Positions 27,669-38,362 of a DNA stretch of 64,000 nucleotides are shown here, piece by piece; the stretch's first letter is position 1, and each line of letters begins with the position of its first letter. Under the pieces are notes generated by a model, which did not search any database, had not been told where the DNA came from, and was given only the letters and a program-made list of their open reading frames with translations. Position numbers and translations under genes: made by a program. The stretch comes from Desulfobacterales bacterium. Its GTDB lineage: Bacteria; Desulfobacterota; Desulfobacteria; Desulfobacterales; UBA2174. The DNA lies in NCBI GenBank assembly GCA_963668645.2, contig CAXXWC010000008.1:96001-160000 (forward strand), read 5' to 3'.

Positions 27669-28991
27669 TCAGACATCGACATATTTTTCGAGCTCCCACG
27701 GATGTACCGTGGTGGTGAATTCGGCGACTTCCTTGCGTTTAAAGGCGAGGAATGTCCGTGTAAACGTATCGCCGAAGGCGGCCCGCAGCACTTCGTCGGC
27801 TTCGAACGCATCCAGGGCTTCCTTCAGATCGGCAGGAAGATTTTCGATGCCCCGCGCCTGCTTTTCTTTCGGTGTGAGCTCATAGATGTTGTCGTTGATG
27901 AAATCTGGCGGCGTGAGCTTTTTCCTGACTCCGTCAAGACCGGCGGCCAGCAAGGCGGCGTAGGCCAGGTACGGGTTGCAGCTCGAATCCGGATTGCGCG
28001 TTTCCACCCTCATGGCCTTGGGATTGCCCGCTGGAATGCGAAGCAGGCTCGATCGGTTGCCGAAACCCCAGGAAATGTACACCGGGGCCTCCCAGCCTGG
28101 GACCAGCCGCTTGTAGGAGTTGACCGAAGGATTGGTGATACCGGCCAGACCCCGTGCGTGCACCAAAAGCCCTGCGATAAACTGTCTGGCGATGTCGGAC
28201 AGGTTCTGGTCCCGGTTCCGGTCGTAAAACAGGTTTTCTCCTGAAGTGCTGTCTTTAAGGTTCAGATGCACATGCATACCGCAGCCGTAGGTCCAGATGA
28301 AGGGCTTGGGCATGAACGAGGCGATCAGCCCTCTTTGGGCGGCCAGGTACTTGACCACCTGGCGATAGGTCATGGTGTGGTCGGCGATCTGCAGGCAGTC
28401 GCCGTAGGCAAAGGTGATTTCGTGCTTGCCGTTGGGCACCTCGTGGTGGCTTTTTTCGGTTATCATACCCACCGAATCGAGGGCTCGGCTGATGTCCTTG
28501 CGAAATTCGCACCCTTTATCGTAAGGCGGAATATCGAAATAGGTTGCCCGGTCATTGGGGATATGCTGGCCATTTTCATCCTTTTCCAACAGGAAGAACT
28601 CGATCTCCGGCGCCAGCATAAAGTCCCATTCCTGACCGAACTCGGATTTCATTTCGGTCACCATCTTTTTGAGCAGGCACCTGGGGTCGGCCTCAAACGG
28701 TGCGCTCCCGGATCCGTCCAACACGTCGCAGATGAATCGTGCCGTACGGTTTTCCTCCTTGCCCCAGGGCAGGACCTGGTAGGTGGACAGGTCCGGTTTC
28801 AACGTCAGGTCGCTCTGGTTGACCGGAACATACCTGCACGAGGATCCGTCAAAGCCGACGCCGTCTGTCAGCAGGGCTTCCACCTTGCGTGCCGGGTGAA
28901 TCAGCTGGCGGATTTTTCCGTCAATGGTTGTGAATTGAAAGTTGATAAACCGGATATTATCCCGCTCCATTTTCTCGATAAGATCCTGCAT
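27669..28991 (-). CDS. Glutamine synthetase-family protein (GSI-alpha-like or gamma-glutamyl-amine ligase)
   Basis: [48 protein letters not shown]. Confidence 0.88.
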   Translation of the reverse strand: MQDLIEKMERDNIRFINFQFTTIDGKIRQLIHPARKVEALLTDGVGFDGSSCRYVPVNQSDLTLKPDLSTYQVLPWGKEENRTARFICDVLDGSGSAPFEADPRCLLKKMVTEMKSEFGQEWDFMLAPEIEFFLLEKDENGQHIPNDRATYFDIPPYDKGCEFRKDISRALDSVGMITEKSHHEVPNGKHEITFAYGDCLQIADHTMTYRQVVKYLAAQRGLIASFMPKPFIWTYGCGMHVHLNLKDSTSGENLFYDRNRDQNLSDIARQFIAGLLVHARGLAGITNPSVNSYKRLVPGWEAPVYISWGFGNRSSLLRIPAGNPKAMRVETRNPDSSCNPYLAYAALLAAGLDGVRKKLTPPDFINDNIYELTPKEKQARGIENLPADLKEALDAFEADEVLRAAFGDTFTRTFLAFKRKEVAEFTTTVHPWELEKYVDV

Positions 28992-29006
28992 GGTCAGTCA
29001 GCCTCC

Positions 29007-30272
29007 CTATTGCTGGTCGAGTAATAAAAGCGCCTTGAAAAGGCATTTGGCGCCTTTGAGAATGCTTTGAGTATCGGTGAATTCTTCAGGGCAATGGCTC
29101 AAGCCGTTGCGGCATGGGATGAAAATCATCCCCGCCTTGCAGATGCGGCCGACGTGGGCGGCATCGTGGCCGGCCATGCTGACTTCGTTCAACGTGGCCA
29201 AGCCGAGCCAGTCGGATGATTCAGCGATGGCCCGGGTCACCACAGGGGAGAAATGGATCGGCTTGCTGTCGTAGGTCACCTTGCGTTCGATCCTGACTCC
29301 CCGGCTGGCGCGCACCCCATCGATGCAGCCGGCGACCTTGTCGATGATGCGGGCGATGCGTTCCGGATAAAAGCTGCGCACCTCCAGATCCAGTACGACC
29401 TGCTCTGGAGTGATGTTAATGGAGTTGGGAAAGACGGTGATGTGGCCTACGGTGCCGACGGCCTGGTCGCCTTCTTCACGGGCTGCCACCTCAAGCCCCA
29501 GGATGATCTGCGAAGCGGCGCAAAGGGCGTCTTTTCTCGCTGCCATGGGCGTTGTGCCGCAGTGGCTGGCGATGCCGGTCACCGTGACCGTTTCACGGTA
29601 GATGCCGGTAACCCCCTCGACGATGCCGATATCCTTCTTTTCCCGTTCCAGGTACGGTTGCTGCTCGATATGAAGCTCGACGAAATACTTGATCTCACCT
29701 TCGCGCCGAACTGCTTCCGCCATCCGGTCAAGATCGCCGCCGATGTTTTTCAGGGCGCTGGGCAGATCGTTGCCGGCATCGTCGCGCAGCGATTCCACAT
29801 CGGCTTTTTTCAGGATGCCGGCCATGCCCCGGCTGCCGAAAGTGGAAATCCCAAAGGTGTTCGGCTCCTCGGAGGCCAGCACACAAAGTTCGAACGGGTG
29901 TTCGGTCTCGATGCCAAGCAGATCCAGCGCGCGGAAAGCCTCCAGTGAGCTGAAGACGCCGGCCGGACCGTCGAATTTTCCGCCATTGCGCACCGAGTCC
30001 AGATGGGACCCGGTCATGATTACCGGCCAGTCGGGATGCCGGCCTTCCCGGCGGGCGAAGATGTTGCCGAGCGGATCGGAGCGGATCTGCAGGTTGAACT
30101 CATCTTGGAGAATTTTTACACAGGTCTCGCGGGCCTCGCGGTCTTCATTGCTGAAAGCCAGCCGGGTAACCCCGCCGGATGGGTCGTGTCCGATGGCCGC
30201 AAAAGCCTCGATTAGCTTCGACATGCGATTTTTGTCAAAGCAGCGGTTGCTATCCAGGTCGGATTGTTTCAT
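29007..30272 (-). CDS. M20-family Zn hydrolase (N-carbamoyl-amino acid or allantoate amidohydrolase-like)
   Basis: GGVTRLAFS, GSHLDSVRNGGKFDG, SEE, ELHIEQ, SMAGHDA, GLSHCPEE. Confidence 0.88.
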   Translation of the reverse strand: MKQSDLDSNRCFDKNRMSKLIEAFAAIGHDPSGGVTRLAFSNEDREARETCVKILQDEFNLQIRSDPLGNIFARREGRHPDWPVIMTGSHLDSVRNGGKFDGPAGVFSSLEAFRALDLLGIETEHPFELCVLASEEPNTFGISTFGSRGMAGILKKADVESLRDDAGNDLPSALKNIGGDLDRMAEAVRREGEIKYFVELHIEQQPYLEREKKDIGIVEGVTGIYRETVTVTGIASHCGTTPMAARKDALCAASQIILGLEVAAREEGDQAVGTVGHITVFPNSINITPEQVVLDLEVRSFYPERIARIIDKVAGCIDGVRASRGVRIERKVTYDSKPIHFSPVVTRAIAESSDWLGLATLNEVSMAGHDAAHVGRICKAGMIFIPCRNGLSHCPEEFTDTQSILKGAKCLFKALLLLDQQ

Positions 30273-30301
30273 TCACTTGTCCTGATACAGAAGTCTATGG
30301 G

Positions 30302-31156
30302 TTACAGAAAAATTCCGATTTCCCGGACCAGCTTCTCGAACTGGCGTGAAAGCTCCTCGGACTCTTTCCGGTTGTTCGTCCCCACACGTTTCACCACCAT
30401 GTTAAACAAGCAGAATGCCGAACCGTAGGAATCGAAGATCGTGCTGAAGGTGATGGGGATCACCAGGGTCGTGCCGGCCAATTTGGCCAGGGGGGAATCG
30501 ATGCGGTCCGTGATGCCGAATACCGTCGCTTCGGATTTTCGGCAAAACCGGACAACATCAATAGTTTCTCGTGGGTATCGGGGAAAGGCGACGGCGATAA
30601 TCAGGTCATCCTTTCCCAGCCCGAGCAATTTGTCATAAACGCTGGTGGCGCCGCAGGTGATGGATGTGACGTTGGTTTTCACTTTGCCGAGGAAGTAGGC
30701 AAAGTACTGGGCCAGAGAGGCCGACCCCCGTGCGCCGACGATGAAAACACGCCTGCATGCGCAGATCCGGGCGACCAGATCGTCGAACTGCTGATGGGGG
30801 AATGTGTGGGCCAGGTGGTCAAGTGTTTGAATCTCCTTGGAGATAATGTCGAATTCGACGATTTCGCTGTTTTCTCTTTCCCCCAGGCTCAGGCGCAGTC
30901 GTTCCGTTGAAGTCAGTTCGGCTTTCAGCAGATCCTGAAGCGCCTCCGCGAATGCAGCGAACTGACCGAAGCCGAGGAACTGGGAAAAGCGGATTACCGT
31001 CGGCTGGCTCACCCCGATTTCTTTGGCCATCTGGGTGGCGGTGAGAAAGGCGGCTCGCGCATGATGATCCAGGATATAGGTAGCGATTTTGGCCTGCTGC
31101 TGAGAAAATTCCCCCTGACGTTGTTTGATCATCTGCAGGATGTTTTTTTCAGCCAA
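30302..31156 (-). CDS. MurR/RpiR-family transcriptional regulator
   Basis: HTH GVSQPTVIRFSQFLGF and SIS domain (GARGS, FPRYP, ITDRIDSPLA); TTG start with AGGAGG. Confidence 0.9.
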   Translation of the reverse strand: MAEKNILQMIKQRQGEFSQQQAKIATYILDHHARAAFLTATQMAKEIGVSQPTVIRFSQFLGFGQFAAFAEALQDLLKAELTSTERLRLSLGERENSEIVEFDIISKEIQTLDHLAHTFPHQQFDDLVARICACRRVFIVGARGSASLAQYFAYFLGKVKTNVTSITCGATSVYDKLLGLGKDDLIIAVAFPRYPRETIDVVRFCRKSEATVFGITDRIDSPLAKLAGTTLVIPITFSTIFDSYGSAFCLFNMVVKRVGTNNRKESEELSRQFEKLVREIGIFL

Positions 31157-31176
31157 GGTGGCCTCCTGTGAGGGCG

Positions 31177-31241
31177 TGAAGAATAATATTCATCATATAC
31201 ACAATAAGAAGACTTTACTTCGTCGCGACCGGGCCTGTCAA
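31177..31241 (-). promoter_or_regulatory. Sigma-70 promoter and palindromic operator candidate of the RpiR operon
   Basis: Minus-strand TTGACA-N18-TAAAGT (31241 to 31212); near-palindrome TGAAGAATAATATTCATCA at 31177-31195. Confidence 0.6.
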
Positions 31242-31370
31242 CTCATAATCTCAAGCCGAGGCAACTCCTGGTCAAATCAGATAGAAAATCGGTGGATTGT
31301 ATCCCGCGTTAGCGTGAATGGCAGCGCCAGACCACGGCACTGGGGAAAAGCGGTCGGATAATTGTTGCGG

Positions 31371-32084
31371 TCAGGGGCGTATCCACTTCAGAGCTTTGAG
31401 TGGAATCTGGCTCTGTTCGAGCTTGTGAATCAGGCCCGGCAGAAGGGTGTCCGCGTTTCCCTTGCAAAACAGGCGAAGGGAAATCCTGGCTGTTGTCGTC
31501 AGGGTTTCGTAATTGCGGTCTATGCCGATGGACGTGACCATAACCTGTTTGCTCTTTAGCATCTCGGCGACCTGATGGATGTCCACGTCGTTGTGGACCG
31601 TGATCAGCAAGTCCCGGTAGATGTCCTTGCGATAGAGCACCTCAAAGCGGCGCAAGGAGACAAGGGCGAACAAGGAGAGGGCTGTCGTGCAGCCGGCGAC
31701 AAAATACATGCCGGCCCCGGCCGCCATGCCGATGGCCGCGGAAATCCACAGACATGCCGCCGTGGTGAGGCCGACGACGGTAAATCCCCCTTTGAGGATG
31801 ACGCCGGCTCCGAGAAAGCCGATGCCGGTGACAACCTGGGCCGCGATCCGCCCCGGATCCGTGACCTTGCTGAATCCGTCCGGCACGACGACGTCGAAGG
31901 TCGCAACATGCGTGGACAGGATGAAAAACAGGGCCGATCCGGCACTGACTAGCAGATGGGTGCGCAAACCGGCCTGCCGGCCGTGCATGTCACGTTCCAA
32001 GCCGAGGATGGCCCCCAACACCGCCGCCACGATGATCCGGAAAAGGAGTTCCAGATGTTCATGGGGTATGGCAAAATCCATCAT
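31371..32084 (-). CDS. MgtC/SapB family membrane protein
   Basis: GLERD...AGLRTHLLV, DPGRIAAQVVTGIGFLGAG, GLTTAA. Confidence 0.92.
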   Translation of the reverse strand: MMDFAIPHEHLELLFRIIVAAVLGAILGLERDMHGRQAGLRTHLLVSAGSALFFILSTHVATFDVVVPDGFSKVTDPGRIAAQVVTGIGFLGAGVILKGGFTVVGLTTAACLWISAAIGMAAGAGMYFVAGCTTALSLFALVSLRRFEVLYRKDIYRDLLITVHNDVDIHQVAEMLKSKQVMVTSIGIDRNYETLTTTARISLRLFCKGNADTLLPGLIHKLEQSQIPLKALKWIRP

Positions 32085-32315
32085 TTCTCCTTTTTTCGAA
32101 CTAGTGCTTCCGCAACTCTCGGTTTTTATGCCGGCATTCCGTTTTCCAGACTAATACGTTTCGGCTTGATGGGGAAGCGTTGATCGTCTCTTTTCCGTGG
32201 CCGCGACAGGGGCGGTGGTGTAAAAAAGAAAAAGGAACACGGACTCGCCAGCCGGTCAACACCCGATTGCACCCAGAACGCAAACCCGGCCCTAAGTTGA
32301 AAGGAAAACAACTCC

Positions 32316-33737
32316 ATGGCTCTGGATTTTCAGCTCGACCAGGCGTTGGCCGCCGAAGACTACCGGTTGATCTTCCGGTCGATCCTCGAACATTCACGGG
32401 ACGGCCTTTTTGTGACCGACGGCCAGGGAAAGGTGGTGATGGTCAACCGGGCCACAGAACAGATGTTCGATTTTACGGCAAGCGAAGTTCTGGGGCACAA
32501 CGTGCTCGACCTGGTGCGCGAAGGGTACTTTGCCCCTTCCGTGTTCCCCCTGGTACTCGAACGCCGGCGGGCGGTCACGATCATTCAAAGCGCCCGCAGC
32601 AATCGGAAAATTCTGACTACCGGGGTGCCGGTTTTCGACAGCCACGGCGCCATCCGTTTCGTGCTGGTCAACGACCGGGACGTCTCGTCGCTCAATCGGA
32701 CCCTCGCCGCCCTGGAGACCGAAGCCCCGGCGGCCGGCCCGATCCGCTGCCACTTTTCCCAGGCCGAGGACGTGGCCTCCGAACTGGAGGGCCTCGTGGT
32801 ACGCAGCCCGCAAATGGCGGTGGTGCTGCAAACCGCCATCCGGGCGGCCAAGTTCGATATCCCCCTGGTGCTCACCGGTGCCTCCGGGGTGGGCAAGACC
32901 GAGATCGCCGGACTGATTCACCGGCTCTCCGAGCGTCGTTGCGGCCGTTTCGTGGACATCAACTGCGGGGCCATTTCCCCCAACCTGTTGGAGTCCGAGC
33001 TTTTCGGCTACGAAAAAGGGGCCTTTACCGGGGCCGCGCCCAGAGGCAAGCCCGGAATGGTCGAGGCGGCCGACAAAGGGACCCTGCTTCTTGACGAGGT
33101 CGGAGAAATCCCCCTCCCGTTGCAGGTCAAGCTGCTCAAGTTCATCGAAAAAAAAGAATTTTACCGGGTCGGCGGGGTCCGTCCGGTCCCCCTGGACGTG
33201 CGCATCATCGCCGCCACCAACCGCAATCTCGAAGAGATGGTGGCCAGCGGGGCGTTCCGGGAGGATCTTTTCTTCCGGTTGAATGTCGTGCCGATTCACA
33301 TCCCCGCTCTGGCCGAGCGCAAAGAGGAGATCCTGCCTCTGGCCGAATTTTTTCTCGAACGCTTCAACCAGGAGTTTTCTACCCGCAAGGTCCTTTCCAA
33401 GAACGCCATGGCGATTCTGGCCGAATACCGGTTCCCCGGCAATGTCCGCGAGCTGGAAAATCTCATCAAGCGTCTGGTGACCATGACCGAAGGAGACCAG
33501 ATCCAGGCCCGCGATCTTCCGGCCATGATCCGGGCCGGCATGCCCGGGACGGCCGGATCCGGACCAGAGGGCAGCGATTTCCAGGAGGCGGTGGCCGTCT
33601 TCGAGGTCCGGCTCATCGAAGAAGCGGTCAACCGGTACGGCAGTCAACGCCAGGCGGCCAAATCCCTGGGGCTGAGCCAAGCCACCTTGTCGCGCAAGCT
33701 CAAGCAGAAAAAACCCGCCATGATCGTCGATCCCTGA
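32316..33737 (+). CDS. PAS-domain sigma-54-dependent transcriptional activator
   Basis: N-terminal PAS; GASGVGKT, ESELFGYEKGAFTGA, FPGNVRELEN; C-terminal HTH. Confidence 0.93.
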   Translation: MALDFQLDQALAAEDYRLIFRSILEHSRDGLFVTDGQGKVVMVNRATEQMFDFTASEVLGHNVLDLVREGYFAPSVFPLVLERRRAVTIIQSARSNRKILTTGVPVFDSHGAIRFVLVNDRDVSSLNRTLAALETEAPAAGPIRCHFSQAEDVASELEGLVVRSPQMAVVLQTAIRAAKFDIPLVLTGASGVGKTEIAGLIHRLSERRCGRFVDINCGAISPNLLESELFGYEKGAFTGAAPRGKPGMVEAADKGTLLLDEVGEIPLPLQVKLLKFIEKKEFYRVGGVRPVPLDVRIIAATNRNLEEMVASGAFREDLFFRLNVVPIHIPALAERKEEILPLAEFFLERFNQEFSTRKVLSKNAMAILAEYRFPGNVRELENLIKRLVTMTEGDQIQARDLPAMIRAGMPGTAGSGPEGSDFQEAVAVFEVRLIEEAVNRYGSQRQAAKSLGLSQATLSRKLKQKKPAMIVDP

Positions 33738-33959
33738 AGACCTTCGGACAAACCGCGTCACGGTTTTCCTGAAGCCGGTGCTGCTCAGCCGGAGCCTGCC
33801 CCCGATCAGTCTGATTCATTTGCGGCCGTTTTTCCCTGCCGTGACGCAGATATGGATCAGTCCGATCTTGCCTCGTGCTGCTTGAGAAGCCCGGTGGTTC
33901 ACACGATTTTCCTGCTATCCCGATGAGTTGGTGTCCATGGCCGCGCCTTTGGCCGGTAC

Positions 33960-33974
33960 TGGCACGTCCTTTGC
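33960..33974 (+). promoter_or_regulatory. Sigma-54 promoter of the GcvT-family/etf operon
   Basis: TGGCAC-GTCCT-TTGC, downstream of a sigma-54 activator gene and about 56 nt before ATG 34031. Confidence 0.85.
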
Positions 33975-34030
33975 CAGAGCTTCGGTGTCAGAGAGTCTAT
34001 CGGCAACCCAAACCAAGACGGAGCCCTGGC

Positions 34031-36476
34031 ATGTCTCTTTCTATTCCTTCCCATGCGCGGATCGTCATCATCGGCGGTGGCATCGTGGGCTGTTCGGCCG
34101 CCTATCATTTATCCCGGCAGGGGTACACCGACGTGGTGCTTCTGGAACGCAAGGAACTGGCCTCGGGGACGACCTGGGCCGCGGCCGGGCTGCTGGCCCA
34201 GTTGCGCCAGAACCGGGAGATGACCAACCTGGCGCGCTATGCCACTGAGCTGTACGCCACCCTCGGCCAGGAGACCGGGGTGGAAACCGGGTTCGTGCGC
34301 ACCGGCGCCCTCGGGGTCTGCCAGACCGATGACCGGCGCCGCGAATGGCTGCGCGGTGCGGCCATGGCCAAGGCCTTCGGGGTCGAGATGGATGAAATTT
34401 CGCTGGCCGAAGCAGCCGCCATGGTGCCCGGGATGAGCACCAAGGGGCTGGTAGCGGCCTTCTACCTGCCCGGCGACGGGCAGGTAGATCCGGTCGGCAC
34501 CACCCAGTCTTTGGCCAAGGGGGCCCGCAACCGCGGGGCCAAAATCGTGGAAAACTGCCCGGTCCTGGATGTTGTTGTGAAAAACGGCCGGGCCTGCGGC
34601 GTGCGCACCGCCCAGGGGGCCATCAACTGCGAGACCGTGGTTTGCTGCGCCGGGATGTGGAGCCGCGCCATCGGCCGGCGCATCGGGGTGAGCCTGCCGT
34701 TGCACGCCGCCGAACACATGCATGCGGTCACCGTGCCCATCACGGGTCTGAACAAGCATTTTCCCACGGTGCGCGACTTCGACGGGCGCACCTACTTCAA
34801 GGAAGAATCCGGCGGAATCCTCTTCGGCGGGTTCGAGAAGGTCGCCAAACCCTACGGGATGAAAGGGATCCCGGAAATCTGGAAGTTCACCGAGTTGGCC
34901 GAGGACTGGGCCCAGTTCGAACCGTTCATGGAATGCGGTTTCGAGCGCTTTCCGGACCTGGAGACGGCCCAGATCCGGCATCTCGAGGTCTGCGCGGAGA
35001 GCTTCACCGCGGACAACGCCTTCATGCTGGGCGAAGCGCCGCTGGTGGCCAATTTCTTCGTGGCCTGCGGCATGAACTCGGTGGGCATCGCCGGGGCCGC
35101 CGGCGCCGGCCGCGCCATCGCCCAGTGGATCGACCAGGGCTACCCGGAAGAACAGCTCTGGCCGGTGGACGTGCGGCGTTACTTCTCCTGGCAACAGAAC
35201 GGGCGCTATCTGCACGACCGGATCGTCGAATCGGTGGGGATCCTCTACGAGCAGCACTATCCCAACCGCCAGCGCGCCACGGCCCGCCCGGTGATCTGCT
35301 CGCCCCTGCACGACCGGCTCAAGGAGCATGGGGCCTGCTTTTCCATGCTCGCCGGCTGGGAGCGGGCCGACTGGTTCGCTCTCGCGGGCACAGAGGCCGT
35401 TTACAAGTATAGCTGGGGCCGGGCCAACTGGTTCGGACACCAGAGGGTCGAACACCTGGCAGTGCGCGACGGGGTGGGGGTTGTACGACCTGACCTCCAT
35501 GGGCAAGCTTCTTGTTCAGGGACGCGATGCGCACCGGGTGCTGCAGCATCTTTGCGCCAACGATATTTCGGCCGTACCGGGGGCGGTGGTCTACACCCCG
35601 GTGTGCAACGCGCGCGGCGGGTTCGAGTCGGACATCACGGTCACCTGCCTGGCGCCGGACCGCTTTTTCATCGTGACCGCCGCCGGCACGGTGGTACGCG
35701 ACTTCGACTACATCCAGCGGCGCATCGGGCCGGACGATCAGTGCACCGTCACCGATGTCACCCACGGCTACGCCATGCTGGCGGTGATGGGACCCAAGTC
35801 CCGCGACCTGCTCCAGAACCTCACCGACACGGATCTTTCCAACGCGGCCTTTGCCTACGCCACGGCCCGCGAGATCGACTTGGCCTACGCCCGTCCCCTG
35901 GCGGTGCGCATGTCCTACGTGGGTGAACTGGGGTGGGAGCTGTACATCCCCACCAATTTCTGCCTGCCGCTGTTCGACGCCCTCATGGATGCTGGCAAGG
36001 CCCTTGACCTGCACCTGGTGGGCATGCAGGCGGTCAACTCGCTGCGCCTGGAGACCGGCTACCGCCACTGGGAATCGGACATCACGCCGGACGACACGCC
36101 CTATGAGGCCGGCCTCGGCTTCGGGGTGAAGCTCGACAAGCCCGATTTCATCGGCAAGGCGGCCCTGGCAGCCCAGAAACAAGCAGGGGTGTCGCGCCGG
36201 TTGGTGATGTTCTCCCTCGACGACCCCGAGCCGTTGCTTTACGGCAACGAGCCGATCTACCGCGACGGCCTCTTTGCCGGCACGCTCACTTCAGGGGCTT
36301 ACGGGTTCAAGGTGGGGTGCGCGGTGGGGATGGGATACCTGACCCGGGACGGCGGGATCGATGCGGACTGGATCGAGGCCGGGAGCTACGAGGTCCTGGT
36401 AGAAGGACAGATGGTGCCGGCCGCGGTCCACCGGCGTTCGGTCTACGACCCGTTCAACCAGCGGACAAAGATGTAA
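34031..36476 (+). CDS. FAD/folate-dependent dehydrogenase, dimethylglycine/sarcosine dehydrogenase (GcvT) family; +1 frameshift at 35476-35480
   Basis: IIGGGIVG, ESFTADN, GWERADWF, then YDLTSMGK, RMSYVGELGWELY and SLRLETGY; one extra G in a G-run splits the frame. Confidence 0.88.
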
Positions 36477-36513
36477 TAACCATGCCGTGCTATCAGATGA
36501 CAGGAGACGATTT

Positions 36514-37320
36514 GTGCTGAACATCATCGTTTTGATCAAGCAGGTCACCGACACCGGCATCCAGTTGGAGATCGCCGACGACGGCGTCGGTATCGCGATG
36601 GAAGATGTCAAGTGGTCGCTCAACCCCTATGACGAGATGGCCCTGGAAGAGGCCTTGCGGATCAAGGAGCGATTGGACGACGTGACGGTGACGGCCGTTT
36701 GCGCCGGCCCCGAGCGGGTCGAAGAATCGCTGCGGGTGGCCTGTGCCATGGGCGTCGACGAGGTCATGCGTATCGACGACGAGACGGCACCGGAGGTTTG
36801 CGGGGCCGTGGACCCGTATACCACGGCCCGTATTCTGGCCGCCGCGCTCAAGGGCATCCCCTTTGACCTGATCATCACCGGGCAGCGGGCCGTGGACGAC
36901 GACAGCTACCAGGTGCCGGCATTCGTCGCCCAGATGCTGGAGCTTCCGATGATCGCTGCGGTCATCAAAGAGGAGATCGCCGCCGGCCGCATCTGCTGCG
37001 AACAGGCCACCGACGCGGGGACCCTGGTGCTCGAAACCAAGCTGCCGGCCCTGATCACGACCCAGAAAGGGCTCAACGAACCACGCTATCCGAACATGCG
37101 GGCCATCATCAAGGCACGCAAGCGGGCCATCGATGAGCGCACCCTCGAAGAGATCGGCGTCGATCGGGCCACCGTGGGCGCAACCGGCGCACGGGTGAAG
37201 ATCCGTGCCCTTCAATACCCGCCGAGCCGCGGCGGCGGGAGGATCATCGACGGTGCCACGGCCGTGGCCAAGGCGGCCGAATTGGTGCGTCTACTGAAAG
37301 AAGAAGCCCGGGTCCTTTGA
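36514..37320 (+). CDS. etfB: Electron transfer flavoprotein beta subunit
   Basis: IIVLIKQV, LNPYDEMALEEAL, GQRAVD, LNEPRYP. Confidence 0.92.
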   Translation: MLNIIVLIKQVTDTGIQLEIADDGVGIAMEDVKWSLNPYDEMALEEALRIKERLDDVTVTAVCAGPERVEESLRVACAMGVDEVMRIDDETAPEVCGAVDPYTTARILAAALKGIPFDLIITGQRAVDDDSYQVPAFVAQMLELPMIAAVIKEEIAAGRICCEQATDAGTLVLETKLPALITTQKGLNEPRYPNMRAIIKARKRAIDERTLEEIGVDRATVGATGARVKIRALQYPPSRGGGRIIDGATAVAKAAELVRLLKEEARVL

Positions 37321-37366
37321 ACCGGCATCAGCGCCGCCAGCCCGGCGGCAGGCAGGAGACAAGATC

Positions 37367-38334
37367 ATGACCGAAGGTGTGTTGGTCGTCACAGAACAGC
37401 ATCACGGCGTATTGCGCAAGATATCCATCGAGGCGGCCTGCGCCGGCAAGCGCCTGGCCGAAAAGCTCGGCGAACCGCTGGAGGCCCTTGTGGTCGGCAC
37501 GCCGGGGCAGGCCGCAGCCCAGCAACTGGGGCAGTACGGGGTCTGTGCGGTGCTGTGCGCCGCCGATGCGGTCCTTGCCGAATACGCGCCTTGCGAATAT
37601 GCTCAGGTCGTTGCCGCCGTCGTGGCCCAGCGCCGGCCGCGGATCGTCCTTTTCGGCGCCGCCGGCCAGGGCCGGGAGCTTTCCGCCCGGGTCGCGGCGG
37701 GCCCTGTCGGCCGGGCTGGCCATGGGCTGCACCCGGCTCGACATCCAAGACGGCCGTCTGGTGGCCACCCGGGCGCTTTACGGCGGCAAGGTGATCGCCA
37801 CGGTCGAGATCGAAGGCACGCCCCAGATGGCCGCTATTCAGCCCAACGTCATGGAGATCGTCCCCTGCGCCGACCGAATGCCGGATCGAGACGGTCGCGG
37901 TCGCGGTGACCGCCTCCCAGGTGACGGTGCGCCAGCGAAAGGAGAACGCCACCGGGCGCATGGACCTGACCGAGGCGGACACTATCGTGTCCGGCGGGCG
38001 TGGCATGGGCAGTGCGGATTTCAGTATCCTCGAAGCGCTGGCTGACCTTTTGGGCGGGGCGGTGGGGGCCTCGCGCAACGCGGTGGACCTCGGCTGGCGG
38101 CCCCAGAGCGACCAGGTGGGGCAGACCGGAAAGGTCGTCTCCCCCAAGCTCTACCTGGCCTGCGGGATTTCCGGCGCCATGCAGCATGTCGCCGGCATCT
38201 CCACTGCCCAGACCATCGTGGCGGTCAACAGCGACCCGGATGCCCCGATTTTCAAGTACGCCGACTACGGGATCGTGGACGACCTGTTTCAGGTGGTCCC
38301 GGCGCTTACGCGCCAGATCCGAGAGCGGCGTTGA
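37367..38334 (+). CDS. etfA: Electron transfer flavoprotein alpha subunit; two +1 frameshifts (about 37700 and 37875)
   Basis: Three successive frames give [10 protein letters not shown] / [10 protein letters not shown]...RALYGGK / [14 protein letters not shown]...QVGQTGK...GISGAMQH. Confidence 0.88.
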
Positions 38335-38362
38335 ATCCGATACCGCCAAGGAGAAACCGCCG

